This document shows, one piece after another, positions 24,255 to 34,483 of a stretch of DNA of 37,020 bases. The translations under genes were made by a program, and so were the position numbers. Where the stretch lies: positions 1-37,020 of IMG/VR virus record IMGVR_UViG_3300011337_000066. One strand, 5' to 3'. The stretch comes from a virus. Taxonomy: Duplodnaviria > Caudoviricetes. Position 1 is the first letter of the stretch; the number at the start of each line of letters is the position of its first letter. The notes under the pieces are model-generated. The model worked only from the letters and a program-made list of their open reading frames with translations. It was not told where the DNA came from and searched no databases.

Positions 24255-25205
24255 ATGGCAACCTATCAAACCTATACCTCCATTGGTCAACGGGAAGACC
24301 TTTCCGATGTTGTGTACTCGATCTCACCAACGGACACTCCATTTATGTCGTCCATCGGTAAGGGCAAAGCAACCGCTACCAATCACGAATGGCAAACCGA
24401 TGCTCTCGCATCTGCCGTTTTGACCAACTTCGCAGTTGAAGGCGACACGGCATCTGATGCCACCATCGGCGTGACCACTCGCGTGGGCAACAAGACTCAG
24501 ATCAGCCAAAAGACCGTGAAAATCTCCGGCACTTTGGAAGCTGTGGACAAAGCCGGTCGTAAGTCTGAGAAGGCTTACCAATTGGCTAAAGCCTCCGCTG
24601 AGATCAAGCGCGACATGGAAACCACTCTGTTGTCAAACCAAATCAGCACGAACGGTTCTTCTAGTTCCGCTCGTAAGTTGGGTGGTTTGCAAGCATGGTT
24701 GGCAACCAACTACAGCGGTGGCACTTCCGGCGTTGCTGGTGCAAGCGGCTCAACTGCTCGTACTAACGGCACGAACCGCACCGGCACTGAGGACATTATG
24801 AAGGCAGTCATCAAGTCGGTTTATTCCGCTGGTGGCAACCCCAAAGTGTTGATGGTGAACCCCGGACACAAGCAATTGGTTTCGACCTTCACGGGTATTG
24901 CTGCTCAACGCTACATGGCTCCATCTGATTCGCCTACCACTATCGTGGGCGCGGCAGATTTATACATGAGCGACTTCGGCACGATTTCTGTGGTTCCCAA
25001 CAGGTTCATGACCTCCACCAACAACTGCGATGACTCTATGTTCATTTTGGACACTGACATGGCCTCTGTTGCTTATCTGCGCCCCTTCCAAACCAACGAG
25101 TTGGCTAAGACTGGTGATGCGGAAGTTACTCAATTGCTGGTGGAATACACCTTGCAAGTGAACAACGAAGCTGCACACGGCATCATCGCTGACATTACTC
25201 CCTAA
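24255..25205 (+). CDS. Major capsid protein (DUF5309/SU10-type)
   Basis: REDLSD..Y.ISPTDTPF.S, HEWQTD.L, N.TQIS.K, KRDME, Y.SDFG, ELAKTGD...EYTL; followed by a terminator. Confidence 0.9.
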   Translation: MATYQTYTSIGQREDLSDVVYSISPTDTPFMSSIGKGKATATNHEWQTDALASAVLTNFAVEGDTASDATIGVTTRVGNKTQISQKTVKISGTLEAVDKAGRKSEKAYQLAKASAEIKRDMETTLLSNQISTNGSSSSARKLGGLQAWLATNYSGGTSGVAGASGSTARTNGTNRTGTEDIMKAVIKSVYSAGGNPKVLMVNPGHKQLVSTFTGIAAQRYMAPSDSPTTIVGAADLYMSDFGTISVVPNRFMTSTNNCDDSMFILDTDMASVAYLRPFQTNELAKTGDAEVTQLLVEYTLQVNNEAAHGIIADITP

Positions 25206-25213
25206 GAGTGAAT

Positions 25214-25244
25214 GCCCCCATGTTTAACCGCATGGGGGTTTTTC
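25214..25244 (+). terminator. Rho-independent terminator after the capsid gene
   Basis: GCCCCCATG-n8-CATGGGGGT followed by a T tract. Confidence 0.85.
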
Positions 25245-25245
25245 T

Positions 25246-25551
25246 ATGAATCAGTTTCGTCAATCTGTTGCCCACGCCGATGGCGATGGCGGCATCATCG
25301 TTGAGACACGCCAAGACATAACGGCAAACATCGAGCAAAATCTAAAGGAATTCAATTCCTACGATGAACGCGCAAAGTGGTCGGATGATATGTTTGGCAA
25401 CAAGGTTGCTTCAATTCCTTTAACGGTGATTGATGACCTCAACGCAAAAGGCATCATGCGCGGGTTTGCAGTGGTAGACCAAACACGCATGAAACAATGG
25501 CTGAACAGTCCGGATAATCGATATTTCCGAACGCGACCGGGGCAAGTATGA
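25246..25551 (+). CDS. Conserved phage protein after capsid
   Basis: QD....E.N...KVASIP...WLNSPDNRYFRT..G. Confidence 0.75.
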   Translation: MNQFRQSVAHADGDGGIIVETRQDITANIEQNLKEFNSYDERAKWSDDMFGNKVASIPLTVIDDLNAKGIMRGFAVVDQTRMKQWLNSPDNRYFRTRPGQV

Positions 25552-26168
25552 GCATTGCTACATTCTCTGAACTAAGTACAGCGGTTGCCAACTATTTGGC
25601 CCGTAGTGACTTGACCGATCAGATTCCCGACTTCATTCGGTTTGCAGAACTGAGACTTCGCAGAGAACTCCGCATTCGGCAAATGCTTAAATCAGTAACC
25701 ACCACTACGACAAGTGGGGATGGAACGGTAGAGATACCGTCAGACTTTCTTGAGGCTAGAGACTTCTATGTAACGGGGAACCCTCCGCAACCATTGACCT
25801 ATCTGTCTCCATCGGTGTTCATTCGGAACACAGATTCTCATGTTCGCGGTAAACCGTTGAACTACACAATTTTGGCGACTGAGTTTCAGTTAGCCCCAAT
25901 GCCGGACAACACATATACGGTTCAACTGCTGTATTACTCTGCTCCGACATTCCTATCAAGCGCAAACTCAAGTAATGCGTTTATGGCTAACGCTCCCGAT
26001 GCTTTGCTTTATGCGGCATTGTTAGAGGCAGAACCATACATCATGAACGATGCACGAATTCAGACATGGGCGACCATGTATCAAAGGGCAATCGACACAT
26101 TGGTTAGATCGGATGAATCTGCTCAATACTCGGGTGTTCCACTCGCAATGACTTTATCAAAGAGGTAA
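25548..26168 (+). CDS. Putative head-tail adaptor protein
   Basis: YL.RSDLT..IPDFI..AE....R.LR, G.P..Y, APMPD..Y, PDALLY..L.EA.PY..ND.R...W. Confidence 0.75.
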   Translation: MSIATFSELSTAVANYLARSDLTDQIPDFIRFAELRLRRELRIRQMLKSVTTTTTSGDGTVEIPSDFLEARDFYVTGNPPQPLTYLSPSVFIRNTDSHVRGKPLNYTILATEFQLAPMPDNTYTVQLLYYSAPTFLSSANSSNAFMANAPDALLYAALLEAEPYIMNDARIQTWATMYQRAIDTLVRSDESAQYSGVPLAMTLSKR

Positions 26169-26171
26169 AAA

Positions 26172-26558
26172 ATGGCTGCAATGTCCAACTATCTTGAGAA
26201 TGCTTTAATCAATGAAGTACTCCGCGCAACTGGCTACACAGCACCTACAACTGTCTATGTTGCACTGTTTACGACTGACCCTACAGATGCTGGTAGCGGT
26301 ACTGAGTGCACTGGTACAAGTTACGCTCGTCAGTCTGCTACTTTTGCTGCTCCCTCTAATGGTGCTTCTAGCACTAGTGCAGATATCAATTTCCCGCAAG
26401 CTGGAGGTTCATGGGGAACCATCACCCACTTTGGTATTTTTGACGCTCTTACTACTGGCAATCTGTTGGTACATGGTGCTTTGACCACTTCCAAGACAAT
26501 CGACACGGGCGATGTGTTCAAAATCGCTAGTGGTTCACTGACTGTCACCTTTGCGTAA
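26172..26558 (+). CDS. Virion structural protein (tail/fibre-associated)
   Basis: SNYLEN.L...YVALFT.DP...YARQ...FP.A..SWGTITHFGIFDA.T.GNLL. Confidence 0.75.
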   Translation: MAAMSNYLENALINEVLRATGYTAPTTVYVALFTTDPTDAGSGTECTGTSYARQSATFAAPSNGASSTSADINFPQAGGSWGTITHFGIFDALTTGNLLVHGALTTSKTIDTGDVFKIASGSLTVTFA

Positions 26559-27448
26559 TGGCAGATGTTTGTGGCCCATTCACGCTTGAACAGCTAGATC
26601 TATTTGGGAGCATCGATAGTCTAGCCTTCTCGCTTGATTCAACCGTTTGGACTGATGCAAATGTCTGCATCATTGAAGCGGCGGCATCCGCATCGGGTGC
26701 AGGGTCAGTCAACGCAGTACCTGTAGCAGTATTGGCGGGGGCATCGTCTGTTAGTGGTGACGCACAAACGCAGATTACTTACATTCGCGTAAGGAACTCA
26801 AGCGCATCTGTCAGCGGTGACGCATCATCTACTTCCGACTCACAAGTCACCTATGTTTCGAGTGCATCGATTACGGGGCTTGGAACGGTCTCGGGAGACG
26901 GGGTAAGGGTAAGGTTAGGCTCGGGTTCAATCAGTGGCATAGCGACCGTTATAGCGGCTGGAACCGGCATCTTCTCAAGCGGTGCATCAGTCTCCGGCTC
27001 TGCTTCGATTGTTGGTGACGGGTTTAGGGTTAGACAAGGCGCGGCTAGTTTGTCCGGTGCGGCTACGGTCTCGGCTGCAGCAATCAGAATCCAAACCTCA
27101 AGTGGTGACATAAACGGTACTGCTACGGTCTCGGCTCTCGGTGGGTTGGTCTCAAGTGCTGCGGGTATTCTGAACGGGATAGCGACTTTCTCGGCTGTGC
27201 CAACTGCGACATTTCAAGCACAAATGTCGATTAGCGGGACAGTAACGATTTCTTGCATTGGCATCCGATTGGGTGACAATTGGTCAAATGTCGCGGCTGA
27301 TACAAACACATGGACAGATGTTAGTGTTGGTGGGAATACATGGACAACCGTAACCGCTGACGCGAATACATGGACAGATGTGGGAACATCGGGAAATACA
27401 TGGACAGACACTTCAACGGGTTCAAATGATTGGTTAAGGAATGGATGA
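26558..27448 (+). CDS. Ser/Gly/Ala-rich repetitive structural protein
   Basis: ~21-aa quasi-repeats and C-terminal NTWTD decamer repeats. Confidence 0.7.
   Translation: MADVCGPFTLEQLDLFGSIDSLAFSLDSTVWTDANVCIIEAAASASGAGSVNAVPVAVLAGASSVSGDAQTQITYIRVRNSSASVSGDASSTSDSQVTYVSSASITGLGTVSGDGVRVRLGSGSISGIATVIAAGTGIFSSGASVSGSASIVGDGFRVRQGAASLSGAATVSAAAIRIQTSSGDINGTATVSALGGLVSSAAGILNGIATFSAVPTATFQAQMSISGTVTISCIGIRLGDNWSNVAADTNTWTDVSVGGNTWTTVTADANTWTDVGTSGNTWTDTSTGSNDWLRNG
27275..27435 (+). repeat. 30-bp tandem coding repeat (xNTWTDxxxx, ~5-6 units)
   Basis: aa(t/c)acatggaca recurs every 30 bp. Confidence 0.85.
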
Positions 27449-29097
27449 TGCCTACTCAAAGAATCGCATTAGGTGAATGGTTACCCGATCAACCGGGGTT
27501 GACGGGGGCATTAACTGTTGCAAAGAACTGTTATCCGGTGACTGCGGGATACGGGGCTTTCCCATCTGAGGCCAACTTCTCGGCTGCGGCTGCGGAGGAT
27601 TTGACCTCAATCATTTCTGCCAAAGACCAAAGCGGCACGACAAAACTCTTTGCTGCTGGCCTACACAAAATCTACACGGTGGATTCTGTTGGGGCTTTAA
27701 CGGGTGTTTTTAGCTTCACGGGTACATATGCCCAAAGTGGCACGACCACTCTGACGGTGACTTCCATTGCTCACAAGCTGAAAACGGGCGACTCTGTTTA
27801 CTTGGATTTCACAAGTGGAACGGCTGTAGATGCTCAATTCACCGTGACTAAACTCACTGCGGACACATTCACTGTAACGACCACCTCCGCGACAACTTCC
27901 GGCAATGTGACTATCTCGTCTACCTCTTTGGGGTACAACACGGGCGCATCTGATCGGTTTCGATTCACCCTATTCGGCAATCAGATCATTGGGACAAACT
28001 TTACTGAGAGGCTACAAGTCTATTCAGCGGATGGTAGTTCGTCATTCAAGAATCTGTCAGACAGTGCGCCAATCGCTAAGTTCATCACTGTTGTTAGAGA
28101 TTTCGTAGTCTGCGCCCATTTGGACGAGAGTGGCACGACTCGCCCATATCGAGTGCGGTGGTCTGCGATCAATGATGAGACCGATTGGGTTGAGAATGTA
28201 AACACTCAATCTGACTATCAAGACATTCCCGATGGTGGACACATCACGGGCATTCGCGGTGGCGAGTTCGGGATTATTCTGTTGGAGAAATCAATCTCTC
28301 GGATGAGTTACGCCGGAACACCGTTCATCTTCCAATTTGACAATATCTCTCGCGGTAAGGGCTGTATCGCTGCGGGGTCGGTTTGTCAGTATCAAGGGCT
28401 AACCTTTTTCTTGTCGGACGATGGGTTTTATGTCTGTGATGGGCAGAAAGTCACGCCTATCGGTGCTGAGAAGATTGATCGCTTCTTCTTCAATGATGCG
28501 AATTTAGACTTGACATCAATGTCGGCGGCGGCAGACCCAATCCGCAAGATGATTATGTGGAATTACCTCTCGACTGATGGCACAAGAAAGCTGATTGTGT
28601 ACAACTTCACGATTGGCAAATGGTCGTTGATGGAGACCACATCGGATTACATTTCTGACGCTTCAACTGCCTCTGTGACTGTTGAACAGTTGGATTCGAT
28701 TAACGCTTCGATTGATGCTTTGCCCGTAAGCATGGACTCGGCTCTTTATGCTGGTGGAAAGTATTTTCTCGGCGGTACTGACGGGACACGGGTTATCACA
28801 TTCACCGGAGCAAACAAATCAGCGGTGTTAGAAACGGGCGATATTGATGCCGGACGCTCGATAGTGATGTTGGCTCGACCTTTGGTTGATAACGGCTCTG
28901 CTAGTGTTTCTGTGGCCTCTCGGACGCTTCTAACGCAAAGTCTGTCCTACAGCACAGCGACCGCGGCTGATACTGATAACCGAGTGTCTCTGAGAAGTTC
29001 CGGCAAGTACCATCGTTTGCGGATGCAACCAACTGGCGACAATTGGAAAACCGCGATGGGTTTGGATGTTGATGTTGTCCAACAAGGCATCCGGTAA
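27445..29097 (+). CDS. Putative tail nozzle / packaged-DNA stabilisation protein (P22 gp10-like beta-propeller)
   Basis: GEWLPDQP N-terminus, RVRWSAIND..DW, GC.A.GSV, FFLSDDGFY, IG.EKID.FF; size and position. Confidence 0.7.
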   Translation: MMPTQRIALGEWLPDQPGLTGALTVAKNCYPVTAGYGAFPSEANFSAAAAEDLTSIISAKDQSGTTKLFAAGLHKIYTVDSVGALTGVFSFTGTYAQSGTTTLTVTSIAHKLKTGDSVYLDFTSGTAVDAQFTVTKLTADTFTVTTTSATTSGNVTISSTSLGYNTGASDRFRFTLFGNQIIGTNFTERLQVYSADGSSSFKNLSDSAPIAKFITVVRDFVVCAHLDESGTTRPYRVRWSAINDETDWVENVNTQSDYQDIPDGGHITGIRGGEFGIILLEKSISRMSYAGTPFIFQFDNISRGKGCIAAGSVCQYQGLTFFLSDDGFYVCDGQKVTPIGAEKIDRFFFNDANLDLTSMSAAADPIRKMIMWNYLSTDGTRKLIVYNFTIGKWSLMETTSDYISDASTASVTVEQLDSINASIDALPVSMDSALYAGGKYFLGGTDGTRVITFTGANKSAVLETGDIDAGRSIVMLARPLVDNGSASVSVASRTLLTQSLSYSTATAADTDNRVSLRSSGKYHRLRMQPTGDNWKTAMGLDVDVVQQGIR

Positions 29098-29879
29098 TGT
29101 TTAGGTTACTTCCTAATTTTGGTGGTGAACCGAGAGCGGTTGCGGAGATTGTCAACGGCATCATGAATGGCAAGACCAACAATGTCGGGATTGTCACGCT
29201 TGCCACCGGAGGGGCGACCACTACAACCATCACTGATAGACGCATTGGGGCAGACAGTATCCTACTGTTTACACCTCTCACAGCGGCTGCAAATGTTGAT
29301 TCTGTGCCTTACGGGGCATTTCAAGACAGTACAGACCAAACAGCGGCAAACACTACAACTGCTTACGCCATCACTTTTGACACGACAGATTATTCAAACG
29401 GTGTAACTCTGTCCAACAGTAGCCGATTGAATGTGTCGAATGCGGGTGTGTATAACATTCAGTTCAGTATTCAGTTTAAGAACACGACAAACGACACTCA
29501 AGATGTGGATGTGTGGTTTCGCAAGAACGGGACGAACATTGACAAGTCAAATTCTCGGTTTGGTTTGCAAGCTCGCAAATCATCGGGAGACCCCTCGCAT
29601 TCAATTGCAGCGTTAAACTTCTTTGTCGAATTGGCGGCAAGTGACTATGTAGAGATCATGTGGAGGCCATCGGACACGGGTGTATCAATCGAACATTACA
29701 CGGCAAGCACAACCCCAACCCGTCCCGCTGTGCCCTCTGTAATTGCTACATTAAGTTATGTAAACACATCATCATCGTTCAATGTGTTTGTCAGTGCAAG
29801 GGGTAAGGGAACCGCTACGCTGACACACTTTGCCAATTCAACCGCTGACAAAACATACGGATATGTAATTGTTGGCTGA
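29097..29879 (+). CDS. Structural protein with internal beta-sandwich domain
   Basis: Internal PYGAFQD...GVYNIQFSIQF...VWFRKNG..I..S...DYVEIMW...PSVIAT segment. Confidence 0.65.
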   Translation: MFRLLPNFGGEPRAVAEIVNGIMNGKTNNVGIVTLATGGATTTTITDRRIGADSILLFTPLTAAANVDSVPYGAFQDSTDQTAANTTTAYAITFDTTDYSNGVTLSNSSRLNVSNAGVYNIQFSIQFKNTTNDTQDVDVWFRKNGTNIDKSNSRFGLQARKSSGDPSHSIAALNFFVELAASDYVEIMWRPSDTGVSIEHYTASTTPTRPAVPSVIATLSYVNTSSSFNVFVSARGKGTATLTHFANSTADKTYGYVIVG

Positions 29880-29934
29880 TACAATGACTCTAGTGGATGA
29901 CCCCGCCGGAGTCCTTTTAATGAAAGGATAAGTC

Positions 29935-30864
29935 ATGGCAACGCAAATGCAGACCTCTACGACCACAACGGCTGTAGACCCCACTATTCAACCATATCTC
30001 ACTTATGGACTGTCTGAGGCACGAAAGCAATACGAAGGTGGTGGCCCACAGTTCTACCCCGGTCAAGGGTATGTAGGCCCATCCACTGCCACACAAACCG
30101 CACTGCAAGCCCTACAAGCAAGGGCAATGGCGGGTAACCCTCTGTTGGGTCAAGCGCAAGGCAATGTAAGTGGGATGCTCGCGGGTGATTATCTTGGCGG
30201 TAACCCATTCTTTCAAGGCGCATTCCAACCCGCTGCGACTGCGGCACAAACTGCATTCCAAAAGTCTATTGGTGACATTTCCTCTGCTGCCTCAAAAGCC
30301 GGACGATATGGCTCGGGTGCGATGGGTGACCTTCAAAGTCAAGCGGCTGGAACCTTTGCACAAAAACTTGCAGACACTGCGGGTAAGCTCTCTTACGAGA
30401 ATTACGCTCAAGAACGCCAAAACCAAATGCGAGCACTCGGCATGGCTCCGGGCCTTGCAGAGGCCGACTATGGCGACATAAACAAGTTATTGGGTGCTGG
30501 TCAATTGGGTGAGGGTTATCAAACCTCTGCACTGCAAGCGGATATGGCGCGGTATAACTTTGAGCAAAACGCACCTCAGAGAAACCTAACGAACTATCTG
30601 AATATGGTTTATGGGTTCCCTGCTGGTCGGACACAGACGCAAACCACACCGTATTACACGAACCCAACCGCTACGGCATTGGGTACGGGTTTGCTCGGAC
30701 TGAATCTGTACAACGCCGGAAATCAAGCAACCGGAGGCGGATTAACCAATTTCTTCAAGAGTGGGTGGAACACATTGACAAGTGGCTTTGGTGGCGGCTC
30801 TCCTGTTAACACGGGTCTATATGATGACTACTCAAGACGCAATGATGTTGATACCAACTTCTAA
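29935..30864 (+). CDS. Putative internal virion / DNA ejection protein
   Basis: Gln/Gly/Ala-rich; PYL..GL..A, AGRYGSG motifs; position typical of podovirus ejection genes. Confidence 0.65.
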   Translation: MATQMQTSTTTTAVDPTIQPYLTYGLSEARKQYEGGGPQFYPGQGYVGPSTATQTALQALQARAMAGNPLLGQAQGNVSGMLAGDYLGGNPFFQGAFQPAATAAQTAFQKSIGDISSAASKAGRYGSGAMGDLQSQAAGTFAQKLADTAGKLSYENYAQERQNQMRALGMAPGLAEADYGDINKLLGAGQLGEGYQTSALQADMARYNFEQNAPQRNLTNYLNMVYGFPAGRTQTQTTPYYTNPTATALGTGLLGLNLYNAGNQATGGGLTNFFKSGWNTLTSGFGGGSPVNTGLYDDYSRRNDVDTNF

Positions 30865-30872
30865 GGATAATC

Positions 30873-32273
30873 ATGGCACTACTTGATATTTTTGGTACGA
30901 CTCCTTCCTACTACGGTGGGCTATTGGGTGAGGATGAGTTAAATCGCGTCCGGCAACAAGCCCAACAGCAAGCACTGCAAAACACTGCATTGGCTCTTTT
31001 GCAAGCTGGCGCACCAAGCAGAACGCCGGGGAACGAAGCACTCGCCATTGCTCAAGGTCTACAAGGTGGTCAGCAAGCCTACAGACAGACTATGCAAGAG
31101 GGTTTGCAAGACAAGATGCAGCAGATGCAGATTCAAGACTATCAGCGCAAACAACAAGAGGCACAAGCGCAAAGAACTCGGCAAGAGCAAATGCGTCAGA
31201 TGTTCCCGCAAATCTTTACGCAGACTGTCACACCCGAACAGCAAACAATGTACGGGGAATCGGCTCGGGTGGTTCGTGATGATGAAGGCAACTTGATGCC
31301 GGGGGCACAGATTACCCCTGCAAAGCGGGAAGTTAATGTAGATATTGACAAGCTAAAAGTCTTGTCTATGCTGTCAAATGACCCGCTGTCTACATTCTTT
31401 AACATTGCAGAAAAAGTCCCTGCATTGCGTAAAGCCGGATTTGTCGGCGGTATGCAGCAAGAAAACCCATTCTCTGTATTCTCAAAGGATGAGAGCATTC
31501 CCGCACCATTACGGGCTGTGGCGGCTCAATACGAGCGAAGCTATGCAACGGGTCAAATGGATCAAGAAACTGCTGATAAACGGTTGGAGACTATTGGGCA
31601 ACGGGTTCAGTCTGCTCAACAGTTTGCACAGACACAAGCCGGAATTGAAGGGCAACGAGAGTTTGCAAATCAACTACAGCGTGAATTGAAGGATTTGAAA
31701 GCGCAAGGGTTGCAAGATTCCAATCGCTTCAAAGAACTTTCAGCACAAAACACAGCGGCTTTGCTTGATCTCAGACGCTCACAAGAGGCCAACAAGCCGG
31801 AAACATTCTCATACGCTCAAAAGAAAGAATTTGATGTTGTAACGAGAGCAAATGAAGAAGCACGAGTAGCGGCTGACAGTGCCGCAATTGCTGATCGTGC
31901 TATTCCATTGGTTTCACAAGCCTATACGGGAAGGCTTGAATCTGCATTTAAAAATGTCATTGGTGCTGCTGGTTACTCAACTGAGGCCAAAGATGCCAAT
32001 GATGCTTTGATGAGACTGCAAAACCAATTGGCTGTAAAAACTCCTAAGTTTAGTGGCCCAACATCAAATGCTGATGCAGCCCGTTACGACAAAGCTGTGG
32101 GTGATTTGGCTAATCCGAGTGTGTCCGGAACTGAAAAACTCCGAGCATTGAAAGACATTAAAGAATTGTCAGATAAAGCCAAAAACTACGCCTCACAGCA
32201 AGAAAACTATTTCTACCAAAACAACAAGTCGTTGCGCGGGTTTAACTTTGAAGATAATCCATTCGGACGGTAA
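30873..32273 (+). CDS. Putative internal virion / DNA ejection protein
   Basis: Gln-rich helical; GPTSNAD motif; AAGGA RBS. Confidence 0.6.
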   Translation: MALLDIFGTTPSYYGGLLGEDELNRVRQQAQQQALQNTALALLQAGAPSRTPGNEALAIAQGLQGGQQAYRQTMQEGLQDKMQQMQIQDYQRKQQEAQAQRTRQEQMRQMFPQIFTQTVTPEQQTMYGESARVVRDDEGNLMPGAQITPAKREVNVDIDKLKVLSMLSNDPLSTFFNIAEKVPALRKAGFVGGMQQENPFSVFSKDESIPAPLRAVAAQYERSYATGQMDQETADKRLETIGQRVQSAQQFAQTQAGIEGQREFANQLQRELKDLKAQGLQDSNRFKELSAQNTAALLDLRRSQEANKPETFSYAQKKEFDVVTRANEEARVAADSAAIADRAIPLVSQAYTGRLESAFKNVIGAAGYSTEAKDANDALMRLQNQLAVKTPKFSGPTSNADAARYDKAVGDLANPSVSGTEKLRALKDIKELSDKAKNYASQQENYFYQNNKSLRGFNFEDNPFGR

Positions 32274-32275
32274 AC

Positions 32276-34474
32276 ATGGCAACCACAAAAGACATTTCTT
32301 TGTTGATTCAGCGTCCGGAACTTGCAGACAAGTTTGATAAGGTCTATGGCGAAGGCGCGGCAGCAAAGATTCTTGCTCAAGCCAAACCCCAAAGGAAAGA
32401 AGAAAAAGCCGGAAGTTTTGAGCAATACATGGGCGCGGCTACACGGGGTCTTGCGCCCTCTGTTGTTGGTGGTGCAGCCTTAGCCCCACTCGGGCCAATT
32501 CCGGCTCTTGTCGGGGCATCTGCTACGGCGGGTGGGGATTTCATCAATGGCTTGATTAACCTCATATTGGCGGGTGGCGAAAAGGTCAGCGGTCAACAAA
32601 TGCCGAGACTGCAAATGCCTTCTCAAGTCGTTCAAGACTTGATGACACGGGCGGGAGTCGCAAAGCCTACTGATGTTGGCCCACAGTTGGTAGAGGCCGG
32701 AATGGGTGCATTGGGTGGCACTGCTTCTCAACTGCGCTCGATGCAACAACTTGCACAAGCTGCACCTTCCATCACTCAAAAGATTGCTCAACAGATGGCA
32801 CAGCGTCCGGTTGCTCAGATGGTGGTTGCACCTCCGGCGGGTGCTGCGGCTCAATTGACTGCTCAAGCTGCCCAACCGTATGTTGGTGACATTGGTGCTA
32901 TGTTGGCGGGTATGTTGGGTGGTACTGCGGTCGGTGGTGTTGGAATGGCTGTACCAACTCGGCCCCGTCCCGCACCGAGCATGGCAGAGCAACGGGCAGC
33001 AAAAGTGGCGCAGACTGCGGTTGATCTCGGGTTTGAGGGTGAATCAGCGTTAACACCGGCTCAACGGGGAACCAACCGAACGGCACAAATCTTTGAGGGT
33101 GTTGTTTCCAATATCCCCGGCAGTGCTGGACAGATGACTAGACGCTACATGACCCAAGCGGATAAGGCAGAGCAAATCCTTAACTCATTGGCGGCTAAGT
33201 TTGGCGGTATGCCGGATGCACCCGACACGGCAATGAGTGTGGCGGCGAATGCTGTGCGTAATGCTGTGGGAAAAAATGTGGATGACATTGGGTCAAGCAT
33301 TCGTGAAGTGGCATCAAAGTCTGATATTCCTCTGAGTGAAGTGCCGAACTTCCAAGATCAGATCATGAAGATTCGTGCGGGATTGAAGTCAATTCCTCCG
33401 GCATTCAGACGCGACCCATTGTTTCAAGGGTTTGAAGAATTCTATTTTGGCAAGCCCAATGGCGAATTGGCGGCTAATGTCGAATCGTTCATGACTGAAT
33501 CCGGAATTAATCGCATGAGTCCTAAGTACGCACAGACTGCGGCACAAGTGCGTAAACAGTTGATTGACAGCGGTATGCCCGAGTTTGAGTTTGAAGGGTA
33601 CGCACAGAGAGGGTTTATCCCCGGCTCGGATTATCAAGATCAACGGGTTTTGTTTGGTCAACTTGCAGAGGCACAAAAAGGCACAAAGGTGGGTCAAGCA
33701 TTCCGACAACTGCAAAAAGAATTGGACAATGCGCGAGAAGTCACATTCAAGAATGCCGGTATGGATGATGACCTCAAAGAACTGCGCTCCCTTCGTGCTT
33801 CGTATGGTGACGCTCTTGACCTAAAGCAACGATTCTCAACGGCAAAGGATGCTACTGTTGTTCGCTCAATCTCCACAAACGAGAGTCAAGCGGCTAACAA
33901 TGTGATTCCTTTGTTGGACAATGAAGGAAAGCTAAGACTCGCTCAAGGCGTATTGGCTGACATTAAATTGGAGTCTTTGAGTCCGGCGGGTGATTTGGAC
34001 ATTACCAAATTTGGCAAGACCATCATCAACCGTAACGAACGCTCACCCGCTACATTGCCAAACATCTTTGGAATGGAGGACGCAAGCACGATGATCGGTT
34101 TGGCAGATGTTGCACAGACAGCATTGAAGGCAAAGATTGGTAGTTCAATGACTACTGAGCGAACCGGAATGAAAGAAATGCTTACATCCACTCCGGCTAA
34201 AGTTGGTGCAGCTATGGCGGGTGGTACTGCTTTGACGGGTGAACCGTTCTTAGGTACTGCATTGGCTCTCGGTACTCCGGCATTGGCAACGAAAGCATAT
34301 TTGTCACCAACCGTTCAAAGTCTCTATGAGAGAATGAATGTAGTAGACCCATTGCTAAACTACATGAGAGCACCAATCAATCCAATGTTGGAATATGCTG
34401 CATCTCCCAATCTTTTGTATTCTGCACCGCAAATCCCGTACATTGAATTGCGCGGAATGGCTCAACCGGACTAA
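32276..34474 (+). CDS. Large putative internal virion / DNA ejection protein
   Basis: 732 aa, Ala/Gly-rich hydrophobic helices; last of three ejection-like genes. Confidence 0.6.
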   Translation: MATTKDISLLIQRPELADKFDKVYGEGAAAKILAQAKPQRKEEKAGSFEQYMGAATRGLAPSVVGGAALAPLGPIPALVGASATAGGDFINGLINLILAGGEKVSGQQMPRLQMPSQVVQDLMTRAGVAKPTDVGPQLVEAGMGALGGTASQLRSMQQLAQAAPSITQKIAQQMAQRPVAQMVVAPPAGAAAQLTAQAAQPYVGDIGAMLAGMLGGTAVGGVGMAVPTRPRPAPSMAEQRAAKVAQTAVDLGFEGESALTPAQRGTNRTAQIFEGVVSNIPGSAGQMTRRYMTQADKAEQILNSLAAKFGGMPDAPDTAMSVAANAVRNAVGKNVDDIGSSIREVASKSDIPLSEVPNFQDQIMKIRAGLKSIPPAFRRDPLFQGFEEFYFGKPNGELAANVESFMTESGINRMSPKYAQTAAQVRKQLIDSGMPEFEFEGYAQRGFIPGSDYQDQRVLFGQLAEAQKGTKVGQAFRQLQKELDNAREVTFKNAGMDDDLKELRSLRASYGDALDLKQRFSTAKDATVVRSISTNESQAANNVIPLLDNEGKLRLAQGVLADIKLESLSPAGDLDITKFGKTIINRNERSPATLPNIFGMEDASTMIGLADVAQTALKAKIGSSMTTERTGMKEMLTSTPAKVGAAMAGGTALTGEPFLGTALALGTPALATKAYLSPTVQSLYERMNVVDPLLNYMRAPINPMLEYAASPNLLYSAPQIPYIELRGMAQPD

Positions 34475-34483
34475 GGACTAATC

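Noticed and set aside
27275-27435. CRISPR-like array
   Set aside because: The 30-bp period is in-frame coding (NTWTD repeats), with no spacer-sized unique segments and no cas genes.
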